NCBI GenBank assembly: GCA_038043185.1
Contig: JBBTCO010000003.1
Span: 1,484-65,483, forward strand
DNA: 64,000 bases
Direction of reading: 5' to 3'
Origin: Bdellovibrionota bacterium
GTDB lineage: Bacteria > Bdellovibrionota > Bdellovibrionia > Bdellovibrionales > Bdellovibrionaceae
The position numbers and the translations under genes were made by a program. Each line of letters begins with the position of its first letter. Position 1 is the stretch's first letter. This document shows positions 53,607-62,700 of this stretch, piece after piece. The notes beneath the pieces are model-generated. The model saw only the letters and a program-made list of their open reading frames with translations. It made no database searches and had not been told where the DNA came from.

Positions 53607-54605
53607 ATGTTGTTAGATCCTGGATTTGATTTAAATTTACGTCCGATGAAATACCCTCTCTTTTTTGAAATGTACAAAAATGGGATCAAAAATACTTGGA
53701 CCGTTGATGAAGTTGATTTCTCGACAGATCTTGTCGATTTAAATTCGAAAATGAGCAAATCTGAAAAGCATTTGATCAATCGGCTGGTCGCATTTTTTGC
53801 TACCGGAGATTCCATTGTCGGAAATAATCTTGTAGTGAATTTATACACTCATGTTAATTCTCCGGAAGGAAGACTTTATTTGAGTCGCCAGCTTTACGAA
53901 GAGGCTTTGCACGTTCAATTCTACTTAACGCTTTTAGATACCTATATTCCTAATCCTGAAGAGCGAGCTTTGGCTTTTTCTGCAATCGACAAAATTCCTT
54001 CAATTAAAAAGAAAGCTCAATTTTGTTTTAAGTGGATGGATTCAATTCATAACTTAAAAACTTTAAAAACCATCGAAGATCGCCGCCGATTTTTAATGAA
54101 CATGACTTGTTTTGCGTCTTGCATTGAAGGGCTGTTCTTTTTTGCTGCTTTTGCTTACGTGTACTTTCTTCGATCTAAAGGTTTGTTAGCTGGACTTGCC
54201 ACGGGAACCAATTGGGTTTTTAGAGACGAAAGTATGCACATCGCTTTTGCTAATGAAGTGATCCACACCGCCAGAAAAGAAGAACCAGCCTTAATGAATG
54301 AACAAATGAGTGAGATGGTCGTGCAAATGATGGAAGATGCTATTGATTGCGAAATGGGTTTTGCTCAAGACATTCTTGAGCATGGCATTGCCGGCCTTTC
54401 AATCAAGGACATGCGCCAATATTTAGAATTTGTTGCCGATCAACGTTTAGAAGCTTTAAATATTGCTCCACGATATCGAGTAAAAAATCCATTTCCATTT
54501 ATGGAACTTCAGGACATGCAAGAACTGGCTAATTTCTTTGAAAGAAGAGTCTCGGCCTATCAAACAGGAGTCTCTGGGCAAGTGGCTTTCGATGAAATTT
54601 TCTGA
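53607..54605 (+). CDS. nrdB: ribonucleoside-diphosphate reductase beta subunit
   Basis: Di-iron/tyrosyl motifs EEALHVQFY, EGLFFFAAFAY and RDESMH. Acidic C-terminal tail. Confidence 0.92.
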   Translation: MLLDPGFDLNLRPMKYPLFFEMYKNGIKNTWTVDEVDFSTDLVDLNSKMSKSEKHLINRLVAFFATGDSIVGNNLVVNLYTHVNSPEGRLYLSRQLYEEALHVQFYLTLLDTYIPNPEERALAFSAIDKIPSIKKKAQFCFKWMDSIHNLKTLKTIEDRRRFLMNMTCFASCIEGLFFFAAFAYVYFLRSKGLLAGLATGTNWVFRDESMHIAFANEVIHTARKEEPALMNEQMSEMVVQMMEDAIDCEMGFAQDILEHGIAGLSIKDMRQYLEFVADQRLEALNIAPRYRVKNPFPFMELQDMQELANFFERRVSAYQTGVSGQVAFDEIF

Positions 54606-55546
54606 TGCGTTGGAAAGAGTTTAGTTTTTGGCTTCTCTTTTTATTGCTGTGCTTTGGAGCTGGATACCTTCATGGGAACTTACCCGATTTTCGACTGCAA
54701 TTTGCTTTTTCAGAGCCAGAAAAAGTACGTATCGTTGTTTTCGAGAAAGCCCTTTTCAATCCAGCCATCATTCAGCTTCTTGAAGAAAAAACCCACACTC
54801 AAATTCAAATTGATGAAGTGAGCAACTGGCAAGAAGCTCGTTTAAAAACAGTTCTCAATCCCGGAGCTCATCTTTTATTTCTTCCTTCCTATTGGATTCC
54901 TCCACTTGTGCGGGAAGGACGACTTCGCACCATCACATCAATAACGTCCTTACTTGATTCGGAAATTGCACCTGAATTAAGGCAAACCAACAAAGAAAAA
55001 ATCTATGAGGTCCCACTGTTTTGGACCATATTCGAATTTGCATTTGCAGAAATATACAAAAATGAAAATCTTCAAAAATTACTTGAAGGTACAAAAATAA
55101 GTTCTATTTACATTTACTCTGATCCCGAGTTGAACCAACTTCGATCACATCAAGAACCATGGAATTATCCAAAAATTAAAGTAAAAACAAAAGCCACGCT
55201 GACTTTGGAAAATAAATTTAAAACTCTAGCTGATAATGAAGTTGTGGAAATTTCTTTACATGCAAAGAAAGAACTAAAATCCGTTTTTTATCATGCTATT
55301 GATAATAAAAAGCCACTTGAAATATTCTCGCTGGCCGTCCCCAACAACAGTCCCCAACGAACCACCAGCTTAGCCTTAATCAAAGCTCTGATTAGCGACG
55401 CTGATTTTGATTCGATTTATGCCGAACTTCCGGCAGGATCTGGTCTTAAAAGACTGGATTTAAAACTAGATGATCGCTTAAAAAAAGCGAGCTACCTGAA
55501 AGAGTTGTCCTTTAAAGAGCTGTACCTTCCAGAGATGACCCAATAA
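54605..55546 (+). CDS. membrane-anchored or periplasmic protein, possibly solute-binding-protein-like
   Basis: The ATG overlaps the nrdB stop (TGATG). The N-terminus has a hydrophobic helix. There is weak PotD-like patterning (RIVVFEKALFNP..., LLFLPSYWIP). Confidence 0.45.
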   Translation: MRWKEFSFWLLFLLLCFGAGYLHGNLPDFRLQFAFSEPEKVRIVVFEKALFNPAIIQLLEEKTHTQIQIDEVSNWQEARLKTVLNPGAHLLFLPSYWIPPLVREGRLRTITSITSLLDSEIAPELRQTNKEKIYEVPLFWTIFEFAFAEIYKNENLQKLLEGTKISSIYIYSDPELNQLRSHQEPWNYPKIKVKTKATLTLENKFKTLADNEVVEISLHAKKELKSVFYHAIDNKKPLEIFSLAVPNNSPQRTTSLALIKALISDADFDSIYAELPAGSGLKRLDLKLDDRLKKASYLKELSFKELYLPEMTQ

Positions 55547-55575
55547 TTTTTTAATAAAAGGTTGCCGCGCCGGAG

Positions 55576-56109
55576 CTAACGACAAACATTTGGATCGAGT
55601 GCAGCGATACGACTAAAATTCACCGTAAAAGAGGCATCGGCATCAACGACCTGCTGAGTTTGATCCAGAGGTTTTAAACTGACTTGCAAACTATAACCCG
55701 AGAGCGAGTTAAACTTACAGGCATCAACAAAAATATAAAATCTTCCCATTGAACATTTTGGAACTAAAGCTGAGGTCCCCAGATTAATTGCGTAAAAACT
55801 GACTGAATTCCCGCCCGAGGTAACTTCAATTCTATTATCAGGAAAAGTCGAGGAAGAGCACGATCCACTGATTTCTAAGCTGCTATCTAAAGCACCTAGG
55901 AATATCGAGTTGCTATTATCCCTTTGCAAATAAACCTTTTCCGAGCTTGGTGCCGCATCCGCACAACCTGTTGTTGGACATCGCGCCGACGAATTCATAT
56001 CACCCAGCAAGGAATTATCACGAGAACTGCTGCAGGAAGAAAGCATCATTCCAGAAAATACCAATAATAAAATAAATCCTAAGCGAAGATTATTCATAGA
56101 ATGAACCAA
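55576..56109 (-). CDS. lipoprotein with multiple Cys, unknown function
   Basis: Lipobox MLSSC. 177 aa with 7 further Cys. It lies downstream of the HTTM gene on the same strand. Confidence 0.5.
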   Translation of the reverse strand: MVHSMNNLRLGFILLLVFSGMMLSSCSSSRDNSLLGDMNSSARCPTTGCADAAPSSEKVYLQRDNSNSIFLGALDSSLEISGSCSSSTFPDNRIEVTSGGNSVSFYAINLGTSALVPKCSMGRFYIFVDACKFNSLSGYSLQVSLKPLDQTQQVVDADASFTVNFSRIAALDPNVCR

Positions 56110-56162
56110 TGATCCCCCTGCTCTTTAGTTTATCGGAATTCTTTGAAAAGAGTTTGATTTTC

Positions 56163-57068
56163 TTATTTGAATGCCAACTTTTGTCTCATTTCGAGAATAA
56201 GACGTCTCAAATCGAGAGGGTCTATAAATACAAAATAAATAGATAATATGACCAAAGAAAATGCCCAAAGAGACATAAGAAATCCAATACCAATATGAAA
56301 AAAAATCCCAGCGACCAGCCAATAATATCTCACTTTTTTTGAAAGCATTGCGGCCGGAAAATAAATTTCAAAAACAATCGTTAAAAAAGCCATCGCCGGC
56401 AAAATCCAAGAAATATTTTTAATAAAACTTAAATCCATCCACACCATTTGGGGATTTGCAAAAATACTCCACAAAGCGGTCCCATCCCACCAGGTCACTC
56501 CTTTTAATTTTTCAAAGCCGGTGTACGCATAAATCACAGATAGTTGAATTTGTAATAAACGCAACAGAGCAGTTGAGATAAAATCTGAAGTGGGCAAGTT
56601 GGTTATAAATAAATTATTTTTTTTAAAAAAAGAAAAATTTTTCATCTGGGGAGGCGTCTCAATCAAAACAAGATAAAATAAGAAAATTCCCGCCATCACA
56701 TCGGCACCAAAAACAATCGCATAATTTCTTTGTAAAAATCCCATGTGAACAATCCACAACAAAACCCCTAAGGCCCTTCCGCCAACCCCAAAAACCCAAA
56801 GGAATAGTCCTAAACAAAAAAGGCCATGCACCGCCAAGGACCAAGAGTCTGGCCAAAAAGTCCAACTCCAGGCAGGCCTCATCATCTCTGGAAAAAGCAA
56901 CAAAGCCTGTTCCTTTGGAAGCAAAGCTTCCGAGGTTAACAAGTTCATATTTTGAAAACGAAAAAGATAAGTTACAAATAAAGTTAAACCCAGTGCCATT
57001 CGAGTCAGTGCAACACCGGTCAAATCAACTGGATCAAACCAAAATTTTTGCCAAAATGAACACTTCAT
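56163..57068 (-). CDS. HTTM-domain (vitamin K-dependent gamma-carboxylase-like) integral membrane protein
   Basis: The N-terminus FWFDPVDLTGVALTRMALGLTLFVTYLFRF and the polytopic pattern are typical of HTTM domains (from memory). Confidence 0.6.
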   Translation of the reverse strand: MKCSFWQKFWFDPVDLTGVALTRMALGLTLFVTYLFRFQNMNLLTSEALLPKEQALLLFPEMMRPAWSWTFWPDSWSLAVHGLFCLGLFLWVFGVGGRALGVLLWIVHMGFLQRNYAIVFGADVMAGIFLFYLVLIETPPQMKNFSFFKKNNLFITNLPTSDFISTALLRLLQIQLSVIYAYTGFEKLKGVTWWDGTALWSIFANPQMVWMDLSFIKNISWILPAMAFLTIVFEIYFPAAMLSKKVRYYWLVAGIFFHIGIGFLMSLWAFSLVILSIYFVFIDPLDLRRLILEMRQKLAFK

Positions 57069-57631
57069 AAGCTGACCTCATCCAAATCTTGGCAGTTAAA
57101 GTCTCGGTCTACCATTTTGATTAAACTCGGTGCTGATTGAGTCGCATTTTCGGGATCAAAAATTACATTGTCCAACATAGGAATTGGCTCAATCTTATGT
57201 TGGACATGAATGTTTGCGGCCTCGGGATGCATTCGACAAATCCAAGGGCCAAGTAAGGAATCCACCCGCCTTTGATCAATAATCACAAATCTCATTGCGT
57301 ACATAATTCTGCGCTCGGACACGCCAAATGGACCCTTGTTCTTTTCGGGAGGAATAAAGAAGTCCGGGCTTTCTTCATTTGGGTCCTGATTTTTTTTTGT
57401 AATATTATATTGAAAATACATAATGTGGGCAGGATCTGGTGAAAAAAAATTCCAACTTGTGTTGAGCCCCAGGACATTGGCATAAGGAAGAACCTTATCC
57501 CCCATCAACCGAAGCAAATAGGAACTCGAGTTCGGCATAAACACAATGCAAAATAAATGATAAATTATCCAAACACTAAGAATAGTTTTAATTAAATATC
57601 TTGTTCTAGACCCATCATCCTTGGTCACCAA
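57065..57631 (-). CDS. membrane-anchored protein of unknown function, translationally coupled to the HTTM gene
   Basis: One N-terminal TM segment (LIKTILSVWIIYHLFCIVF). Its stop overlaps the HTTM start by 4 nt. Confidence 0.5.
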   Translation of the reverse strand: MVTKDDGSRTRYLIKTILSVWIIYHLFCIVFMPNSSSYLLRLMGDKVLPYANVLGLNTSWNFFSPDPAHIMYFQYNITKKNQDPNEESPDFFIPPEKNKGPFGVSERRIMYAMRFVIIDQRRVDSLLGPWICRMHPEAANIHVQHKIEPIPMLDNVIFDPENATQSAPSLIKMVDRDFNCQDLDEVSL

Positions 57632-57642
57632 GAAATCTCCTG

Positions 57643-58794
57643 TCAGGGTCCTTCCAGCTCTTCGTCCGTTGCTAGATTAGGTAATTCTTCATGAGTTTCA
57701 CTTTCAAAAAGAGATTCAACTTCCACCGATGTTTCTTCGACAAATTTTTCTTCTTGAAGAGTCACAGTTTTACCTGCCGCTAAAATTTCATCATATTTTT
57801 TTAACCAATTCAGATCTCGGTTTCCAACTGTTTCTCCAAGCGCCAAAGCTTCTCGAATATTCTGCGCTTTTTCGAAATCACGTTTTTGACGTTGTCGCTC
57901 TTTTTCTTCTTCAAAAAAACGGCTGGAAGTAGTAATCACTTCCAGTTGTTCTTGAATTTTTGTCAGTTCGTCCTCGCCTTGCGAATAACTATCAACAATC
58001 ACCTCTTGCGAAAGCTGGGACGTCAAATCACTTAATTTTTGCTTTTCAACTTCGTCTTCTTCGCCGATTCCGTCAGGCAATAGTTCATCAATCTGACTTA
58101 AAGTTGGAAGCTCTTTTAAATTTCTGAGACCGAAAATTTCTAAAAACTTTCGAGTTGTTCCATATTGCATCGGCCGTCCTGGCAATTCGCTTTTTCCTTC
58201 GAAATTAACAATCCCACGCTCCATTAAAGCGCGAAGCAAATGTCCTGATTCAACTCCGCGAATGACGTCGATTTCAGATTTAATAATCGGTTGTTTGTAG
58301 GCAACAATGGATAAAACTTCCATCGCTGGTCCAGATAACCTAAAACTTCGTGCTTTAATATTTCGACGAATGAAGTCCATGTTATCAATTTTTGTTCTTA
58401 GCTGATAACCGCCTGTGACTTCTTCTAAACACACTCCCCGTTTGGCACCAGCATACTCAACTGATAATTGCTCGATAGCACGACGAATATGATCCGTTTT
58501 AACGTTGGTTCCTTTAAATGCAACTTTAAGTGAACTTAAACTCACAGGCCGATCAGAGGCAAAAAGAACACTTTCAACAATAGATTCAACTCGTTCTTGT
58601 TCAACAAAAAGAATATCTTCAATCGATACCGATTCAAAACTTTCAAGTTCGGTGCCTTCGACATCGGCCTCGATATTAATCTCAGTTACAACACTCGCAT
58701 CAGCCTGAACAACAAGCCCAAAGGCTTCATCCAGCTGGACAAGTTCGATTTCTTCATCTGGAGTTTCTTTACGTCGTGACATCTTCCCCCTCAA
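57643..58794 (-). CDS. scpB: segregation and condensation protein B with long acidic extensions
   Basis: The core IVESVLFASDRPVSLSSL ... GGYQLRTK ... PIIKSEIDVIRGV matches the ScpB winged-helix pair. It is flanked by about 70 N-terminal and about 130 C-terminal acidic residues. Confidence 0.85.
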   Translation of the reverse strand: MRGKMSRRKETPDEEIELVQLDEAFGLVVQADASVVTEINIEADVEGTELESFESVSIEDILFVEQERVESIVESVLFASDRPVSLSSLKVAFKGTNVKTDHIRRAIEQLSVEYAGAKRGVCLEEVTGGYQLRTKIDNMDFIRRNIKARSFRLSGPAMEVLSIVAYKQPIIKSEIDVIRGVESGHLLRALMERGIVNFEGKSELPGRPMQYGTTRKFLEIFGLRNLKELPTLSQIDELLPDGIGEEDEVEKQKLSDLTSQLSQEVIVDSYSQGEDELTKIQEQLEVITTSSRFFEEEKERQRQKRDFEKAQNIREALALGETVGNRDLNWLKKYDEILAAGKTVTLQEEKFVEETSVEVESLFESETHEELPNLATDEELEGP

Positions 58795-59761
58795 TTATTG
58801 ATCCGCCTGAATTTATTTCTAGCTCTGCGGCCTCAATTTCTTCATCTGTGGCCATATCAGCATCGGCGACTATCGACTCCACAGAATTAACATCTTCAGT
58901 CAATAGATCATCCGGGTCCTCATTCAAATGCTGGACAGTTTCTTCGGCCGATAATATTTCCGATTCGTCAAAAATTCTTTGTGCTAAACTTTCGTTATTT
59001 ACAGTTTCGTATTCTTCAACCCGGGAAATAACGTCATAATCAATGGGTCGAAGCGCTTCGACCCAAAGTGTGGAATAAGCTTCTGTTTGATACAAAGAAA
59101 CAAATCCCAGTTTGCCAAGCTCGAGCAAGGATAAAAAAGTAATTAAGGTTTGGCGCATTTGATTTTGCATGTCCGTCACCAGGTCCTGAAGGCTGATTTT
59201 TTGCCCCAGAATGAGTTTGTCCTTAAATTCTAAAATACGACTTGCAACGGATTGAACTTTCGTCGTCACCTGATGAATGCGCTTCTGTGCCGTTTTCAGC
59301 ATCATCCGATAGGCTGAAATTAAAGAAAACAAACCATTATCTTCGATGATGATTTCTTCCTCTTTTTGAGACTCAAAGCTTTCACGCACGCCCCTCAGCC
59401 AGATATCACGTCCAACCAAAGGCCTCTCATAAAGTAATTTTGAAGCCTCTTGATACTTTTGGTATTCCAAAAGTTTTTGCACTAATTCTTTGCGAGGATC
59501 ATCAACGTCGACGATCTCGCCATTTTCGTTGTATTGAGGCAACAACATATGACTTTTTATCTGAATCAAAGTCGCAGCCATTAAAATGAACTCAGCTGCG
59601 ACTTCCAGATCCAGTTCTTTCATCAGTTTTATATATTGAAGATACTGCGAAGTGATCTCATGGATTTTAATATCCATGATGTCCATTTCTTCCTTGCGAA
59701 TAAGATACAGCAAAAGTGCAAGCGGTCCTTCGAATTTAGGCAAACTGATCTGAAGACTCAT
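58769..59761 (-). CDS. scpA: segregation and condensation protein A
   Basis: FEGPLALLLYLIRKEEMDIMDIKIHEITSQYL is the canonical ScpA N-terminus. It overlaps scpB by 26 nt. Confidence 0.88.
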   Translation of the reverse strand: MSLQISLPKFEGPLALLLYLIRKEEMDIMDIKIHEITSQYLQYIKLMKELDLEVAAEFILMAATLIQIKSHMLLPQYNENGEIVDVDDPRKELVQKLLEYQKYQEASKLLYERPLVGRDIWLRGVRESFESQKEEEIIIEDNGLFSLISAYRMMLKTAQKRIHQVTTKVQSVASRILEFKDKLILGQKISLQDLVTDMQNQMRQTLITFLSLLELGKLGFVSLYQTEAYSTLWVEALRPIDYDVISRVEEYETVNNESLAQRIFDESEILSAEETVQHLNEDPDDLLTEDVNSVESIVADADMATDEEIEAAELEINSGGSIIEGEDVTT

Positions 59762-59765
59762 ATTG

Positions 59766-60752
59766 TCACCATTTCATACATGTTCGAACAATTTCAAGAG
59801 TTTTACGCGCTTCTTTACGCGCCTTTTCATTACCCATTTCCATGATCTCACTTAATTTTTTTTGATCAGCAAGTAATTCTTTTTTTTGTTCACGAGGGCC
59901 ACTGGTTAATTTTTCGATATTCAAAGCCAATTTCGCTTTGCAGTCACCACAGCCTATACCAGCCGTCCTACAGCCTGTGGCCGCCCATTCCTGATCTTCG
60001 CTTGAAGAATACAATTTGTGATAAGTAAAGACCGGGCAGATCTCGGGGTTTCCAGGATTTTCTCTTCGCGCCCGTTGCGGATCTGTTAACATCATATTTA
60101 CTTTTTTCTTCAAAGTTTTTTCATCAGGCTCAGTCAACAGCAAGGTATTACCATAGGATTTTGACATTTTTCGACCATCCAAACCTGGCAAAAGCGGAAC
60201 TTCAGTCAATAAAGGTTTTGGTTCTGGCAACTTGGCTTTGTAGGTGTGATTGAATCGCCGAACAATTTCACGCGATATTTCCAGGTGAGCCACTTGATCT
60301 TGTCCCACGGGAACTTTTTCTCCTTGATAAATGGCAATATCTGCCGTTTGCAAAACAGGATAAGCAAACCGTCCCAAATTATGAGTGTCATTGAGCTTAG
60401 CTTCTTCTTCCGCATCTTTCCATGTTGTGACTCGCTCAAGCCAACCCATAGGAGTGAGGTTAGCAAAAATCATAAAGAGCTCCAAGTGCTCTTTGACCTG
60501 ACTCTGCACAAAGATCGTATTTTTAACAGGGTCAAGACCCCAAGCTAAAAGCTCGGCGTACATTTCTTTTGTCCACAAAGCTATTTCGTGCGAACTGCGA
60601 TAAGCCGTGGTCATCCCATGCCAATCCATAACACCGAAATAACATTCAAAATCTTTTTGCAAAACAAGCCAGTTCCGGAAAGCACCCCAATAATTGCCGA
60701 TATGCAAAGGACCAGTGACCCGAATCCCACTCATGACTCGAGGACTAGGCAT
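59766..60752 (-). CDS. trpS: tryptophan--tRNA ligase
   Basis: HIGH-type GPLHIGNYWGA, KMSKS and the GQDQVAH motif. ATG at 60752 (GGAG 9 nt upstream). The listed 60767 start is a TTG. Confidence 0.9.
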   Translation of the reverse strand: MPSPRVMSGIRVTGPLHIGNYWGAFRNWLVLQKDFECYFGVMDWHGMTTAYRSSHEIALWTKEMYAELLAWGLDPVKNTIFVQSQVKEHLELFMIFANLTPMGWLERVTTWKDAEEEAKLNDTHNLGRFAYPVLQTADIAIYQGEKVPVGQDQVAHLEISREIVRRFNHTYKAKLPEPKPLLTEVPLLPGLDGRKMSKSYGNTLLLTEPDEKTLKKKVNMMLTDPQRARRENPGNPEICPVFTYHKLYSSSEDQEWAATGCRTAGIGCGDCKAKLALNIEKLTSGPREQKKELLADQKKLSEIMEMGNEKARKEARKTLEIVRTCMKW

Positions 60753-61407
60753 GGAAAAAAGCTCCAAAGAAATTTAACAGAACCTGATAAGAAAAATACA
60801 CCGGATAGACTAAAAATCGCAAGGCCCCGGAAATAAAAAGTAACAGCAATAAAAAACTTAACTGTTGTTGATTTTGTTCTAATTTGTAATTCCATGCTGT
60901 CGGTAAAAATCGCGCCAATACTTTTCCACCATCTAAAGGATGAATTGGAATCAAATTAAAAATCGCTAAAAATAAATTTGTTAAAATAAACTGCGACAGC
61001 AACATGGCCATAGGTTGCTGAATATCCGAAGTTTGCATTCGAACCGCAATAGCGCTGGCGATGAACGCGCCGATGATCGCCAATAACACATTTGACATAG
61101 GTCCCGCCAAGGCGATCCAAAACATGTCCGTTCTTGGCTTCTTTAAATTTCTTTCATTAACAGGCACTGGCTTGGCCCAACCAAAAAAGATATTTAAATT
61201 AGTAACGATTGAGAGAATGGGAAGGATAACAGTGCCTAGCCAATCGATATGAGCCATTGGATTCAGCGTCAGCCGACCCATCATCTGAGCCGTATTATCG
61301 CCTCGCAATTTTGCGACGTATCCATGAGCAAACTCATGAAAACAAAGTGCAAACAAAAAAGGCATATAAATAAGTGCTAGCTTAGCGCCGATATCAACAA
61401 CATCCAT
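60745..61407 (-). CDS. M50 family (site-2 protease-like) membrane metalloprotease
   Basis: HEFAHGYVA (HExxH) and NLIPIHPLDGG motifs. ATG at 61407. The listed 61512 start adds 35 Cys/Arg-rich residues that look non-coding. Confidence 0.85.
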   Translation of the reverse strand: MDVVDIGAKLALIYMPFLFALCFHEFAHGYVAKLRGDNTAQMMGRLTLNPMAHIDWLGTVILPILSIVTNLNIFFGWAKPVPVNERNLKKPRTDMFWIALAGPMSNVLLAIIGAFIASAIAVRMQTSDIQQPMAMLLSQFILTNLFLAIFNLIPIHPLDGGKVLARFLPTAWNYKLEQNQQQLSFLLLLLFISGALRFLVYPVYFSYQVLLNFFGAFFHA

Positions 61408-61530
61408 ATTTAAAAAGGCTAAACAACTCCTAGAGCAATGTCTAGTTGTCCAATCAGATTGATCAAAAGATGGACGTAGTTTAACGCAACATGTTTTGAT
61501 CTCTCGATTCAAATGAGAGAAGGTGCAGTC

Positions 61531-62700
61531 ATGTCAACAGCAAACCCTAATGCTCGCCCTGCTTTAACTATTTTCTCGGAAGAAGAAATAGCCTTCCGCG
61601 AAGCTATTCGACAATTCGCTGAAGCCGAGATTAAACCCCATGTTAATGCCATGGACATCGCTGCCCAAATGAAACCGGAAATTGTCGCCCAACTTTTCGC
61701 GATGGGTTTAATGGGTATTGAATCTCCAGAAAAATACGGTGGTGCTGCTTCCACCTTTACAATGGCTTGTCTTGCTGTAGAAGAAATCGCCCGAGTTGAT
61801 GCAAGCATTGGAGTTTTGGTCGATGTGCAAAACACTTTGGTTACCAACGCCTTCTTGCGATGGGGAAGCGAAGCTCAAAAAGAAAAATATCTTTCAAAAA
61901 TGTCCAAAGAATGGGTTGGAGCTTATGCTCTTTCGGAAAGCTCCAGTGGATCTGATGCTTTTGCATTGAAACTTCGTGCTGAGCAAAAAGGTGATAAATA
62001 CATTTTGAATGGCAATAAACTTTGGATCACCAATGGCAACGAAGCTAATGTTTTTTTGGTGTTTGCAAATATCGACCCCTCAAAAGGTTACAAAGGCATT
62101 ACCGGATTTATTGTCGAAAAATCATTTCCTGGTTTCAAAGTTGGCAAAAAGGAAGATAAACTTGGAATCCGCGCCAGCTCTACCACCGAATTGTTATTTG
62201 AAAACTGTGAAGTTCCAGCCACCAATGTCATAGGCGAAGTTGGCAAGGGTTACAAAATAGCGATTGAGACTTTGAATGAAGGTCGAATTGGCATTGGCGC
62301 CCAAATGTTGGGTATTGCTCAAGGCGCCTTTGAAGCCACGCTCGCTTATATTAAAACTCGCGAACAATTCGGCAAACCAATTGCCCATAATCAAGGCGTG
62401 CAATTTCAGATAGCAGAAATGCGCACGGAATTGGAAGCTTCGCGCCTGATGGTTTACAATGCAGCAAGATTAAAAGATCAAGGGCTGGACTTTATCGAGG
62501 CCGCAGCTATGGCAAAACTCTATTCGTCGCGAGCTGCAGAAAATATCACTTCAATGGCAATCGACTTATTTGGCGGCAATGGCTTCACTCGCGAATATCC
62601 GGTGGAAAAATTTTGGCGCGATTCAAAAATTGGACAAATCTATGAAGGCACCAGTAACATGCAACTTCAAACTATCGCTAAAATCGAACTCGAACGGTAA
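61531..62700 (+). CDS. acyl-CoA dehydrogenase (short/branched-chain type)
   Basis: YALSESSSGSDA, LNGNKLWITNG, QFGKPI and IYEGTSNMQ motifs. ATG at 61531 (or 61513). Confidence 0.9.
   Translation: MSTANPNARPALTIFSEEEIAFREAIRQFAEAEIKPHVNAMDIAAQMKPEIVAQLFAMGLMGIESPEKYGGAASTFTMACLAVEEIARVDASIGVLVDVQNTLVTNAFLRWGSEAQKEKYLSKMSKEWVGAYALSESSSGSDAFALKLRAEQKGDKYILNGNKLWITNGNEANVFLVFANIDPSKGYKGITGFIVEKSFPGFKVGKKEDKLGIRASSTTELLFENCEVPATNVIGEVGKGYKIAIETLNEGRIGIGAQMLGIAQGAFEATLAYIKTREQFGKPIAHNQGVQFQIAEMRTELEASRLMVYNAARLKDQGLDFIEAAAMAKLYSSRAAENITSMAIDLFGGNGFTREYPVEKFWRDSKIGQIYEGTSNMQLQTIAKIELER

Noticed and set aside
61509-61847. 112-aa minus-strand ORF
   Set aside because: It is antisense to the 5' part of the acyl-CoA dehydrogenase gene, which has strong family motifs.
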